Source of the DNA: Octopus vulgaris
Taxonomy: Eukaryota
Direction of reading: 5' to 3'
Length of the DNA stretch: 64,000 bases
NCBI GenBank assembly: GCA_951406725.2
Contig: OX597828.1
Coordinates: 61,256,001 to 61,320,000 of the forward strand
Shown here: one piece after another, positions 29,268-42,870 of the stretch
Numbering within the stretch: the first letter of the stretch is position 1
How the letters are laid out: every line of letters starts with the position of its first letter
Translations under genes and position numbers: made by a program
Notes under the pieces: generated by a model
Told to the model about the DNA's origin: nothing
The model's input: only the letters and a program-made list of their open reading frames with translations
The model's database searches: none

Positions 29268-29467
29268 TATATATAGTAAGAGGAGGAATATAATATCCAG
29301 GCAGACACCGAATTTCTGTTAAATGCCAAGGCCGATTCCTTCCTTTAACTCCCATCCGATGTGGCAGTTTATTTCTTGGCTACTTAGAGTGTAAAGTAAA
29401 ATATATTGATAATATTGATAATAGGGAAAACGAAGACTTTATTTCCAGTTAGTTCATTCATAATAAT

Positions 29468-29560
29468 AGTCTGATACGTGTTTCGATCGCATTAACTGCA
29501 TATTGTTGCATATTTACATGCAGCAATTTATGCATTATTTGTTCGATCTCTTCAGGGTAT
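29468..29560 (-). ncRNA. Degenerate hammerhead
   Basis: Minus strand CTGAAGA-GATCG...CGATC-GAAA-CACGTA-TC; stem II good, stems I and III damaged. Confidence 0.55.
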
Positions 29561-29659
29561 ATAAGTATGAAATTGTTCGAAGATCAATTTTTCTCCGATA
29601 TCAGTTTGAATTCGACTAGTTAGTAGCAGTATGAATAAACTGATTGGAAATACACGAAG

Positions 29660-29790
29660 TTCTTTTACTTGTTTCAGTCATTTGACTACAGCCATGCTGG
29701 AGCGTCGCCTTTAGTCGAACAAATCGATCCCTGTTATTATGTTTTGTAAGCATCGGTGTTCAAGCGATGGTGGGGAGATAAACAGATACA

Positions 29791-29821
<31 letters not shown>

Positions 29822-29998
29822 GTATATATATATATATATACGACGGGCTTCTTTCAGTTTCTGTCTACTAAATCCACTCACAAGGATTTAGTCGGCCCGA
29901 TGCTATAGTAGACGACACAAGCCCAAGATGCCACACAGTGGAACTGAACCCGGAACCATGTGGTTGGTAAGTAAGCTACTTACCACACAGCCACTCCT
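29660..29998 (-). mobile_element. Dominant-family SINE with internal deletion
   Basis: Homology to 14941-15368. Confidence 0.85.
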
Positions 29999-30318
29999 AA
30001 AGTAACAAACTGAGGAAAAGAAATCCTTCAAAGAGGTGTGTTAAACATCCAATTCCCATCCAATGAAAGGGTTTCAATTGGGATGTGTTTGAAATGTTAT
30101 GAAGTGAATTTCGATGGTCGTTGATTGCACTTACTTGACTGTATCGTCCGTTAGAGTGTTTTTGTTGTTTTTTAATTGTAATTGATGTAAGATTGAATTG
30201 TTAACGCTCACGCTCATCACACAGATATTTGAATTAATTTTTACAATCCAGTTTTTCTTTCACACGGAATTTCTAAAGTCAAGACCCTGAAGTGACTATA
30301 TATATATATATATATATA

Positions 30319-30525
30319 TACATTATATAAAAGGGCTTAGTAAAATAAATTACTTTGCCGCATACTGAACTCATTAGAAATAGCAGCTAAAAAAACTTTT
30401 TTAAAACTATCTCCAATACTTAAAGTATTGGAGATAGTTTTAAAAAAGTTTTTTTAGCTGCTATTTCTAATGAGTTCAGTATGCGGCAAAGTAATTTATT
30501 TTACTAAGCCCTTTTATATAATGTA
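30319..30525. repeat. Perfect palindrome, 103-bp arms, 1-nt spacer
   Basis: 30319-30421 is the reverse complement of 30423-30525. Confidence 0.92.
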
Positions 30526-31057
30526 ATAATTTGAATTCGCCTTAAATGGTCCCTTTGTATACTGAATACTTGGTGAAATTGATTAATTAATCAATTTTAC
30601 CCTCAATTGTTGAAATATATATATATATATATATAATGGAACTGTGCTTATGTATATCAGTGAAAAAGTCGAAACAATATGTTGACCTGTTAAGGTTTTT
30701 ATAATTATTTATGCTATATACTATTATGTTACGTTGTTACGTTATATATTATATTCATAGGATTTAATGTAATATTGTAATATAAAGAAATTATTAGATT
30801 GTCAATTGAATATCTCTATATTTAATTTATATACTTTATGTGTTTATATAGGTATATTATGTACATGTATGTATATCTGTATGTATATATAGGCACAGAC
30901 GCAGCTGTGTTGTAAGAAGTTTGTTTCCCAACCACATGGTTTCGAGTTCAGCACCTTGGACAAGTGTTTTAATACTCGGGTGAACCAAAATCTTATAAGT
31001 GGATTTGGTAGACTGAAAGAAACCCGTAGTGTATATATATATATATATATATATATA

Positions 31058-34000
31058 TCTTATGATAATCTTATGATAAAAGGCAGATTTTCTCTGCCTG
31101 TTCCCATGTTTCTTTTTAATACAATTCTACAATATAGAATTTCTTCAATTGGAATTTACCTATGATTTTTCCAAGTAGATTCGATTGGGTCATGGCATAA
31201 AAAGTTTTTTTTTAATTTGACCCCCAATTAAGCAAAAATTCGAGAAAACTCAATATTTTGCAAGTGTGAAACTATCAAAGTGAAAGCATTATATAACAGG
31301 GATGAGCCATTAATACTGGTCATCCATTTTGCTAGAGGAAGATCCGCTATGGTCTTATATGCTACACCACTGTTTTTTAATTCATATTAATCAAATTAAT
31401 ATTCAATTTTTCACCCTTATTATGTGTGTGTATTAGCAATACGTATAAAATTGCATCAATGACTTGAACTTGAATAAGTGGTTTCACATAAATGGGGATA
31501 AATTAAAAGGTTTGTTGTTATTATTATTACTGTTTGACTATTGTAATCACGTTTGTTGGTTCCTCGTCAGGGAAACGTTGTTGTGTTGCATTTGTTAAAT
31601 AATTGTAAACCGTAACCCTCCCCCTTTCGGAGAAGGGGCTTTGGTTACTGTTTAAAAATTGAATTGTGTCCCTGTTTGGGGAAATTGACAATATTTTCAC
31701 CGTCTTTACGGAAGCATTTTTGTTAAAATGCCTTCGATAGAAGAAAGTCCAAAAATGAATTACGCTGCAGCCGTACACTTCTATACAAGAGGGAGGACAA
31801 GATCCAATTGATCGAAATTGCAAGAGACGGAATTGCAATTCCAGTCTGGTATATATTTTGAGTATTGTTATCACTAGCGATATCAAGATATAACTTTGTA
31901 TTTTGTATTTTATGTGTAGATGTATATATATAGATGTACATGTAATATGTACACATATATATATACACATATATACATGCATAATATATCTACCCATACA
32001 CACATACGCACACACACACACACATACATAGGGGCAGGTGTGGCTGTGTGGTAACAAATTACGTTCGAAGATACTGTATTTGATATGGGCGGTAGTGCCT
32101 TGCCGGTCTATGGCCTACCTTCAACAAACCGGGAAGGCACAAACACTCTGTCTTCACATTTGCTGCGTGAGACATGATTTAATGTTGACGAGCTTGCCGA
32201 CAATGAACCAAAGCTCCTTCCAGAACAGAAGTTCGCTTACAACTCCGTTGTTAATTCAGTCCGGGCCAAAGCTGGGGGGATTTTTTTTCCTGGACGCTCC
32301 TGGGGGCACTGGGAAAACTTTTGTCAACAAATTAATATTGGCTGAGATTAGGCGAACACAAGGCATTGCCCTAGCTGTGGCATCACCTGGAATTGCGGTT
32401 ACTTTGTTGCCAGGCGGCAGGAAAGCTTACTCCACCTTCAAGCTCCCGCTCGACTTAGCGAAGACTGAGACACCAACTTGCAACATCAGTAACAGCTGCG
32501 ATCAGGCAGAAGTCTTCAGACAATGCAAGCTTATCGTTTGGGATGAATGCACGATGGCCCACAGAGGTGCTCTTGAGGCACTAGATAGATCTCTCAGAGA
32601 CATCAAACACTCTTCAGCTCCCATGGGAGGCATAACACTTCTTCTTTCAGGGGATTTCCGACAAACACTTCTCGTTATTTCCAAAGGGACTAGAGCTGAT
32701 GCAGTAAGTGCGTGTCTTAAGTCATCCACATTGTGGCCACTGGTGAAGACTCTCAAACTTCACACCAATATGCGTGCTCATATGCGACGTGATATCACAT
32801 CAGCAGCATTTTCTCACACCCTCCTTGCACTTGACGAAGGCAAAATACCAGGGGATGAAAATGATAATATTGCCATCGATTCCATTTGTACCATTGTTAA
32901 AACGCCTTCTGATCTCAGAGATGCAGTGTTCCCAGATCTACAAGCTAATTATCAGAATATGGATTGGATTGGCCAAAGGGCTATTCTGGCCCCGAGGAAT
33001 AAAACTGTTCACCATATTAATGATGAAATGCTAAAACTCATTGCTGGGGATGTCTATGCATATAAGTCTATCGATACAACTCCTGACCCAGAGGACGTCA
33101 TCAACTATCCAATAGAGGTACTCAATTCCTTTGAGCCCCCTGGACTATCACCACACATTCTCAAACTTAAAGTTGGTTCCCCTATAATGCTCATTAGAAA
33201 TTTGGTTCCCCCAAAACAATGCAATGGCACACGTTTGATCGTTAAGTCCTTATCTCCCAATCTGATTGAGGCCACCATTATCACAGGGTGCGGTCGAGGC
33301 AACGTTGTGCTCATACCTAGGATGCATCTTTTCCCATCAGGAGCAAACCTACCTTTCATATTTCGGAGGTCCCAGTTCCCAGTAAGGCCATGTTTCGCAA
33401 TGTCAATTAACAAAGCGCAGGGTCAAACACTGTCTGTGGCGGGAATACATTTGGGAGAGCCATATTTCTCTCATGGTCAGCTTTATGTTGCCTGCTCGCG
33501 TGTCGGCAGCAACACTGATGCTTTCGCATTCGTTCCACAACGAAAAACAAAAAAAAAAAACATTGTGTACAAGGAGGTTTTATAGGATTACTACGTTTCA
33601 TCATTTTCGAACACGTTAGTATTTCACTTACATACGACTCTCTTTTATGATGGCATTTACATTTTTAGGCGTTTCATGACATTAATTCACACTTAACCAA
33701 CACCTGTCCTTCGCTCACCTCTATTTCTATCCATTCATCATCAAAACACCAGCCTCATCTTCTATATCCAACGTACATGACACATCTACCCCCTACATCT
33801 ACACTCTCACTGTTAAAGTTTACATAAGCGACAACACGATCGCAACATACACTTTGGAAACTAAGCAACAGATCATTTTATACAACACATTTAATCATAA
33901 CGCCCATCAATGAAAACATCTCCACCACTGTGTTGTGATTTATCTATTCAACACCACTACAGTCTTGCCGGTCTGACATATGGTGAGTAGATGCTATTGT

Positions 34001-34414
34001 TCTATAAATTACCCATATTTACTTACCCATGCTTCATTCCCCTCTTGCCTACATAGGGCATCCATTCTCTTTTAACACAGCATGAAGTTTTGTAACAGCA
34101 CATCCGCTGCCGTTCGTGGAAAACTAAGAGACCCTATTCACCTGCGAACGTTTTACACCGCCTTCCACGACTATCAGATCTTACAATTAAGAGAACAATA
34201 ACATGGCTCTTTTCAAGGCAACCTCGCATTCAATTTTTACACCATTCTACGAGGGGGTAGGAACCCCTTTACACGGCTTTCTATACACTTACAAATACAT
34301 TCATTCGCCGTAAACTTATATCAATATTTGCCTGAATAATCATCATAATTCAGTGCAATCATTAACAGTACTTTCAAGCAATTCAGCCCCGAGCAACGCC
34401 GGGCAATTCTGCTA

Positions 34415-34415
<1 letters not shown>
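31058..34415 (+). mobile_element. Helitron lacking Rep, interrupted around 31500-32055
   Basis: Candidate 5' TC in (TA)n at 31058; PIF1 ORF; 3' hairpin CCCGAGCAACGCCGGG then CTAG|T at 34412-34416. Confidence 0.8.
32038..33585 (+). CDS. Helitron PIF1-family helicase domain; true homology starts ~32280, upstream part is frameshifted or SINE-derived
   Basis: DAPGGTGKT, LIVWDE..M, GDFRQ, ILAPRN, NGTRL, AMSINKAQGQTL, FSHGQLYVACSRV in one open frame. Confidence 0.9.
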   Translation: MWLCGNKLRSKILYLIWAVVPCRSMAYLQQTGKAQTLCLHICCVRHDLMLTSLPTMNQSSFQNRSSLTTPLLIQSGPKLGGFFFLDAPGGTGKTFVNKLILAEIRRTQGIALAVASPGIAVTLLPGGRKAYSTFKLPLDLAKTETPTCNISNSCDQAEVFRQCKLIVWDECTMAHRGALEALDRSLRDIKHSSAPMGGITLLLSGDFRQTLLVISKGTRADAVSACLKSSTLWPLVKTLKLHTNMRAHMRRDITSAAFSHTLLALDEGKIPGDENDNIAIDSICTIVKTPSDLRDAVFPDLQANYQNMDWIGQRAILAPRNKTVHHINDEMLKLIAGDVYAYKSIDTTPDPEDVINYPIEVLNSFEPPGLSPHILKLKVGSPIMLIRNLVPPKQCNGTRLIVKSLSPNLIEATIITGCGRGNVVLIPRMHLFPSGANLPFIFRRSQFPVRPCFAMSINKAQGQTLSVAGIHLGEPYFSHGQLYVACSRVGSNTDAFAFVPQRKTKKKNIVYKEVL

Positions 34416-34453
<38 letters not shown>

Positions 34454-34456
<3 letters not shown>

Positions 34457-34650
34457 TCTTTTACTATTTTACTTGTTTCAGTCATTTGACTGCGGCCATG
34501 CTGGAGCACCGCCTTTAGTCGAGCAAATCGACCCCGGAACTTATTCTTTCTAAGCCCAGTACTTATTCTATCGGTCTCTTTTGCCGAACCGCTAAGTGAC
34601 GGGGACGTAAACACACCAGCATCGGTTGTCAGGCAATGTTAGGGGGACAA

Positions 34651-34681
<31 letters not shown>

Positions 34682-34684
34682 CAC

Positions 34685-34757
<73 letters not shown>

Positions 34758-34948
34758 CATATACATATATACATATACATATATACGATGGGCTTCTTTC
34801 AGTTTCTGTCTACCAAATCCACTCACAAGGCTTTGGTCGGCCTGAGGCTATAGTAGAAGACACTTGCCCAAGGTGCCACGCAGTGGGACTGAACCCGGAA
34901 CTATGTGATTCGTAAGCAATCTACTTATCTCACAGCCACTTTTACGCC
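34454..34948 (-). mobile_element. Full-length dominant-family SINE
   Basis: Homology to 14941-15368. Confidence 0.9.
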
Positions 34949-35049
34949 TATAGTTGTTCTCCTTATTTAAAAAATATTTTAGTAGGACGGCCCACACCCG
35001 AGACAGAGGCAGAAATCTCATGTAGGGGTAACACAACATATCCACTGAA

Positions 35050-36060
35050 CGGCTACTTTAACACGAGGCAGATGTAACAATAGTAGAACCAAATGGGCAA
35101 CCAAACGTGCGAAAGTACGTGGGAGAAACTAAAAGCCCCTTCAGAACCCGCTATAGCAACCACAAGTCCTCTTTCAACATTCAGGAGATATGTAATGCCA
35201 CAACCCTACCCAAACACGTATGGCCATTGAAAAATAGTGCCACCGAGTACAACATAAAGTGGGAGATTCCAGAGAAATGTAAAGAGTACTTCAATAGCAG
35301 CTGGAAGTGCAGTGTGTGTCATTCTCGCAGCAGTGTGTGTGTGTGTGTGTTATTCAATAGCAGCAGAAAGTGCAGATTATGCCTGGCTGAGAATAGCAGA
35401 ACTGAAAATTTTAATACTTGCCCACATGAAAATGATATACATCCTATCATACCTTCATGCCCCATCATGACTATAATAATCATTTACTCAACTTCAGCCC
35501 TTCACTAATACCTGGGAATCCAACAGTGTTTGACCAGAAGATACACAAATGCACCTACCAACAAACACACGCCCCAGCACGGCGGCCACCCACTCGCCCC
35601 AGCACTGCGGCCACCACGAATTTAAGCAAAACATAATAAGGAAGCACACAAACGAACACAGCTGTGTGTGCCAACACCACCCACAAAGGTTATACATATA
35701 GTACCACTACACACATTCCATTTCCACATGAACACCAACCTTAAAAACTTGTTTTGGTACCAAGGGACATAATTTAATCCCCTGCTCAATTCGCTTCAAC
35801 ACCTTTTCACAGCAACCACAAACCGGATGTATCTATTCACCTCTAACAATAGAGAGCAGTCGCCATATTTCATTCTATATCGGCTACCTCTGATGAGCGC
35901 ATGGTTACATAATCTGATTGTTACCTAACACTCCATCGAATCCCTAGTGCGAAACCGATGGGTAAGATCGGCCGTAATGTATATATAATACTCCACACTT
36001 TGACTAATATAGCTACTCTACTGGGATATACGAGAGTATATTTCCTGACTTATGAAAGCT
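35050..36060 (+). mobile_element. Naiad-type PLE 3' end (GIY-YIG and pLTR)
   Basis: KYVGETKSPFRTRYSNHKSSF..ATTLPKHVW.LK..YNIKWEI..KC.LCLAE followed by a hammerhead. Confidence 0.85.
35881..35974 (+). ncRNA. Type I hammerhead ribozyme, intact core
   Basis: CGGCTACCT-CTGATGA-GCGC...GTGC-GAAA-CC-GATG-GG-TA^AGATCGGCCG. Confidence 0.8.
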
Positions 36061-37073
36061 TAGAGGCTTACACACACACACATATACACACATACACGCA
36101 TAAATACATGTACTCACACTCATATATATATGCTTATTTCGGTTAATGACTTATTCAGGAATATAGCAACACTAGCGCTCCTGAGGGTAATATTCTCTGG
36201 GAACGCACAAAAGGCCTTTTTAGAGTTATTTACTTTGAATTATTATCTCATACCTGATTAGCCTGTTATTACGTAACATGCTTCACGATTTTAGTATACA
36301 TACCTTATTAGTATTTCAGCCTATGTTTTATATACTCTGGGAGCGCCTTTCGAAAGAAGCCCGTCGTATATATATATTATTTAGTTATTGAAGATATGTA
36401 TTTCATTATTAGATTATAACTTAGCCAACGAGATATGTAGATCGTTAAATAGTTATACGGTTCTTTTAAGATAAGTTATACGTTTATAATTTGCTTTTTA
36501 ATCTTTAATTTTTTAATATATTTCATAAATATATTATATTAATATTTGATATTTACGTAAGTAATAATGGACTAATTAATTTTAATCCTTGCCCACATGA
36601 AAATGATATACATCCTATCATACCTGCATGCCCCATCATGACTATAAATCTAATGATTACATATATTCTGATCTTCCAGTAGAGAAAGTTCCTTTCTAAG
36701 GATAATTTTAACTCAAGTAAGGGCTAATTGAGGTAGTATATTTTATACCCTGCTAGTGTACTGGTTTTATCCTCAAGTATTATTTCTTGATGTGCATATA
36801 AATACCACGAGTTTTCCATCATAAATAGTCGTTATGTTATTTTTGCATTATCTGAAATGGAATACCCACGAATCTATTGATTGAAATCCCAATAACTGAA
36901 CTATTATTAATTTCTATTATTATATATTTTGTATATTTATATATAAATATATCATAATCATGATCTCACTGTACGATATGCTGGTATACCCGGTATATAT
37001 TCTCCATATTAAAATGCATGTAATGCTAAAGGGTGTGTACCTGATCGATTTAGAAATTCGTTTTCCGACATTA

Positions 37074-37142
<69 letters not shown>

Positions 37143-37163
37143 AATTATGTATATATATACAAA

Positions 37164-37674
37164 AAGGACACAGGGAAAAATGTGTCAAGGCCATCAGGAG
37201 GCGTTCGATGCTTCCTAGGGCTATACAGCGGTGGTGTACCCCCTACTGTCACGTTCTTGTTAGATTGACAGTATACAACCATTCTATCGCCCCACCACCG
37301 TACATGTCTCTACGAGAGATTTAGAAATTCAATATTTCTTATTTTGATAATCAGTGAATAGACTTCACTGAATATAGATATATACAATTGCGAAGTCGAG
37401 GCAAATATCACCGGCTGACCGGTGTCTGCTACTCTAGGCCGATGAAGGACAACGATCCTGAAACACGTGTCCCTAGATGCAGTTCCGGCAGCCGGGGGTG
37501 TTTGTCTCCCCTTCGTAAATGTATATAAGGACACAGGGAAAATGTGTCAAGGCCATCAGGAGGCGTTCGATGCTTCCTAGGGCTATACAGCGGTGGTATA
37601 CCCCTACTGTCACGTTCTTGTTAGATTGACAGTATACAACCATTCTATCGCCCCACCACCGTACATGTCTCTAC
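37164..37674 (+). mobile_element. Retrozyme-like element: ~150-bp direct repeats around a hammerhead-bearing spacer
   Basis: 37164-37313 repeats at 37527-37674 with 3 differences seen; period 361-363; no credible ORF. Confidence 0.75.
37433..37477 (+). ncRNA. Minimal type I hammerhead, one core substitution (CCGATGA)
   Basis: TCTAGG-CCGATGA-AGGA-CAACGA-TCCT-GAAA-CACGTG-TC^CCTAGA. Confidence 0.8.
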
Positions 37675-40165
37675 ATGCGTGTGTGACAGGCCATTTAGTT
37701 GAACTCCCATTAAAATCAATATTTTTCATTCGATTTCGTTCACACTTGGCATATACATCATTTATGTTCTAGAGATGGTACTACTCTTCAGATTATTCAC
37801 TTATGGCGTAATATGGTGTTATGGGGCTTCAGGTTTAAGAAAAAGTTCCATTCCTGGGATTCGTGTCTAATCTGGACAAGAGAGGTAACTCTTTGCGAAG
37901 TAATATTCAGAAATTGATTGTCTCTCTTATATTTGTATCTCTTAAACACTTTTGCATAGTACGTAAATAAACAATATGGATAATCGTTGCTTTAAGTGAA
38001 CATAATGAGTAACGCTACCCCTACTGGACAAGACGAAAGCATCTTTTCATAGTAGGTAGAGCGATCACCCTCCCACTACACCTGCCAATTACAACGGCGG
38101 GCTTCTTCTCTTGAAAGACTTGGTTATGGCAAGTGGAGATCAACGATTGGACGCTTACTCTCTCAACACTCCAGACAGAAATGAAGACGCCTGTCCTAAT
38201 CGCCTTATCCACAGAGAAACATCCTACAACATCTACAAACGCAACCAGTACATTGCTGACAAGACTCTTCTGAATTCCGATCAAAGCTGACGTATGCAAT
38301 TTTGTCCTCAGAAACATCTACACACACACTGGCGGAATCATCTTCTTCGACGCACCCGGTGCAACTGGAAAAACATTCCCCCTGAATCTTCTTCTTGCGA
38401 AGTTGTGGCGTAATGGTGACCTTGCTATTGTTGTTGCTACCTCAGAAATAGCCTCGACTCTTCTCGACAGCAGATGAACAGCAGACTCTACCTTCAAATT
38501 GCCTTTCAACGTAACACATCAAGAAAACCCAACGAGCCACATAATGCATTCCTCGGACGAAGCGATAATTTTGAAAAAGTGCAAACTCATTGTTTGGGAT
38601 GAAGCAACTATGCCCCATAAATGTTCCCTACAAGCACTTTACACCACAATGAGAGACCTTAGATCGAACAACATTCTTGGAGGTGCGACACACTCTGCCT
38701 ATTAAACCCAAAGGAACACTGCTCATAAACTTAATACCTGCCTTTAAAAGTCCCTCCTTTGATTGCATGTCCAATTGAAACAACTCACCATCAACATGGG
38801 ATGACGCCTACAGACTGGTCAGTCTACAACCCAGTTTTCGGAAATGCTCCTTAAGATCGGCAATGGACAAATTACGTCCGACAACAATGGATAGATTCAC
38901 ACTACTGCCACTGGCCACATTGTCTTCATCCCGTTTACCCAAATCTAACAACGGAATACATAGAACCAGATTGGCGTTTCAACAGGGCCGTTCTTGCCCC
39001 TACAACTGCAGCTGTCAACATTCTTAACTACGACTTACTGAGTCAGGTACCTTCTGAAGAATGTTGTTACAGACCAGTTGACACCGTTACTGACCTCGAT
39101 CAGGTTACACACTTTCCAACACAATTTCTCAACTCCCAACATCCTCCAGGACTCCCTCCCTATGAACTTCACTTAAAATCGGTTGCCCTGTAATCCTCCT
39201 ACGCAATCTAAATGCCCCTACACTACAAGCAACAGAACTTGCCTTGTGGTCAAACACAATGATGGACCACGTCATCAAATCCCAAATTATCACGGGACAA
39301 GGCAAAAACGATATCGTTTTCATTCCGAAAATTCCGCTAACCCCAACAGACTGCTCCTACCCTATGCAGAGACTTCAGTTCCCTCTCAAATTCAGCTTCG
39401 CCATGACAATTAGCAAAGCACAAGGTCAATCACTGAAAGTTGTCGGATTAGACCTTCGAACGTTGTACTTGAACAGTTCTACGTCAGTTGTTCCAGAGTT
39501 GGCCAGCCAGACAACTTACTCATCTATGCGCCTGAAGGAAAAACCAAAAATGTTGTCTACAAAGCAGCCCTACAGTAGTTATTCCTCTACTGCAATCTTC
39601 ACATCTATGCCAAACTGTAGCTGTTAGCAATCAGACTTCCTGTAAGCATTCCATTGATATTTTGCTTCATTTCCCCGATTGCTGTTAACAGTACATTACC
39701 TTCAATGACCCTTCTTACTTCATGCACACTGTTCGCTCATAAGCATGCTCTGATATTTATTTTTCTATTTGTGTGTTTGCTATAAATGTTTGCTTTTCTT
39801 TATCATACATGGCTTTCATTGAAAAAAAAAAGCTTCAATGCAGTTGTGTCAGGCATTACGAGTAAAATAACTACATGCTACAAAACACTTCAGGTGAGAT
39901 AAAGGATCCCTAATGCCTACTGCAATTGTGATCTCATTTTATGGGCTTTCATTTATTACTAACTGCCAAATTTGCGTTCAAAAAACTTTATTCATTACCT
40001 AGGTTGTTTAATACCATATAAACTGCTAACGAAAATGGCAATTAAACATTTTGCGTTTATCAACTTGAAACGACTTCTAGCTGCGGGCTAATTCAAATTA
40101 AACCGTCCACAGGAGTGCACCATTATAAGAAATTACACCGTCCAAAGGACGGGTGCATTTGCTAG
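37675..40165 (+). mobile_element. Decayed Helitron (PIF1 pseudogene ~38320-39580)
   Basis: FFDAPGATGKTF, LIVWDEATM, QFPLKFSFAMTISKAQGQSL; 3' hairpin CCGTCC-AAA-GGACGG then CTAG|T at 40162-40166. Confidence 0.85.
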
Positions 40166-41449
40166 TATACTTATAATTATTTAGATTGCTTTTTTCTTCA
40201 GTTAATGTAACATGGGTTTTCCTTTACGAAAACTAACAGTAAAATCATTGATGTCCATTGGACGAGTTTGATATGGAGTCCAAATGATTTTAACAAATGC
40301 GATTATGTGTCAAATTTTTGCCTATGTCATAATGCTTAGCGGCATTTCGTCCGTCTTTTCGTACTGAGGTCAAATTCCAGCGAGGCCAACTTTGCTTGTC
40401 ATTCTTTCGGGGTCGACAGAATAAATACCAGTCGAATACTGGAGTCGATGTAATTAACCTAGACACTCCCCAGAAATTGCTGGCCTTGTGACAAAATTTA
40501 AAACCAATTTTTTACCCATATAAAATGAGTAACTACAATAACTATCGTTGCTAACAATTTGTAAATTATGTAATTACGATGTCTGAGGAGTAACACCACT
40601 GAGCGAATCGTAAGCGGATAGTTCGAATCTTTTCCGATTCGTGTCGCCACAAAGAAAGGCATTAATAGTTATAGAATAGCGGAATATTCAGTTCATTGTA
40701 GCTATTAGTTACATTGTATAAAGAATATAAAAGTGAGGTCAATCTGAGATCAGTTAGACGATGGTTATTCAGTTTAGTAAATCTTTAATTAATGTTTTCG
40801 TTTTTTTTCTTCCTTTCCTTTCAACAGATGACCGTTGCGTTAGCAGTCATAGGTCGACTTCTTTATTACACATTCTATCCTATTCTCTACCGACCCGTTG
40901 ATATTAGTTTGCCATTTGTCTAGAATGTCTCCTTCTTTGATGAATTATTTAATTTCAACCGACACAATTGTGTTTGGCACGAACTTAAACAGTAAGGAAA
41001 AAAAAGACACGCTGTGATCATAATCATAAACATCAGCACCACAACAACTACAATGCACGAAGACTATGAATTCAAACAAAACCAAAATCTACGTTAGGTT
41101 TCCTTTCATGCTTTCCCCTCGAAGTCCTCACATCTTTTAAAAACACATTTAATAAGAAAAAAGGTAAAACATGTATACAAAGAAATATATAAAGTATATA
41201 TTTACCGGTGGCTGTATGTGTGTTGAGTATTAGCAATTCAGTCAACTGCTCTAGAGACGATCAAAGTACTAAGACTCTCAGATTAGCTGACACTATACAT
41301 CTATTAGAGTTTTTCTATCATATAAGCCGTGTGTGAGCTTATGTAAAGAAATGCTTTTTATGCGATCCTGCATACTTGGACACTACATTAACATACATAA
41401 ACAGACATGCGCATACATACAAAGCTACGTATATTCATGTATGATTGCG

Positions 41450-41502
<53 letters not shown>

Positions 41503-41526
41503 ATGTGTATCATGTGTGTACGTGTG

Positions 41527-41564
<38 letters not shown>

Positions 41565-42181
41565 GGACATCAAACCAGACGTTTACAATCCTTATTTTCA
41601 CAATACATGTAAGTTGTTCATTAGTCTGAAATAGTATGCGACGAATTGGATTTTTGTGCTATCTGGTCTGCAGTTTAATATATCCCAGTACATCATGACA
41701 GAACAATAAGACCCGATCTTCAGATATAAGAATAGTATAATATTCGATTTTTCTAGTGAAATTGATCAGTTTTAAAATCATCCACTCGATAGAATAATCT
41801 TTGTGCATAAATCTCCGTGTATATGTGTATTTTCAAAGTATTTTCAGTGACTTCAAATAAACTATAATCATCAAATGCATGTACAAATACATTTTGCTTT
41901 ATTCTAATGGCATTTCTTTCATTAAACTCCTAAGACTTCTTGCATACATATTCTCTCATCGTCCTTCTCTCCTCCTCCTCCTCCTCTTCTCTCTCTCTCC
42001 CTCTCCTTCTACACAGACATGTGTCCATACCAATATGTGTGTGGCTGTATTTGTCTTCCTCTTCTACCACTTGACAACCGTATAACTTTATGCGTGTGTT
42101 TACATGTTTGTGTGTATATACGTATGTATCTATGTTTATATGTAACCTTATTTCTATGCATGTATATCTATACACACATGT

Positions 42182-42306
42182 AAGGCACAGCTATGGCTTT
42201 GTGGTAAGAAGCTTGCTTCCCACCCACATGATTCCGGGATTAGTTCCATTGCGTGGTACCTTGGGCAAGTTTCTTCTACTGTAGCCGCGGGCCGATCAAA
42301 ACCTTG

Positions 42307-42310
<4 letters not shown>
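42182..42310 (+). mobile_element. Dominant-family SINE head
   Basis: ggcacagctatggctttgtggtaagaagcttgcttccc..ccttgggcaagt. Confidence 0.8.
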
Positions 42311-42354
<44 letters not shown>

Positions 42355-42765
42355 TACATACGCACGCGCACTAAATCTCATGGTGTATGCTACATAAGTT
42401 AGCTGTTACAGGCGAAAGAAAGAAAATGAAAAAATTGGAGAATAACAAGTGTGTGCGTGGGGGGGGGGGGTTAGACTGAAAGAAGGGGAAAAAAAGAAAA
42501 GGAAAAAGAAAATTTGAGAGAGAAAAGGAAAAATAGAGGTAAAGAGAGTGAAATGATGGCGTTCCAATAAGTATCTAACGAAGGCTAGATAATTCGTTCA
42601 GCTTGCGAAACGTACACAAAAACGCACACATAAAATTACATGTATGTCTACATAAATACAAACATACATACAAATACACACACATATAGACACGCATACA
42701 AATATACAAATAAATATGTACTCAAATATATGCCCATATATATATGTATATAGACGCACACACAC

Positions 42766-42870
<105 letters not shown>

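Noticed and set aside
40828-40901. Strong plus-strand acceptor (tcctttcctttcaacag) and short frame
   Set aside because: No recognisable product and no partner exon
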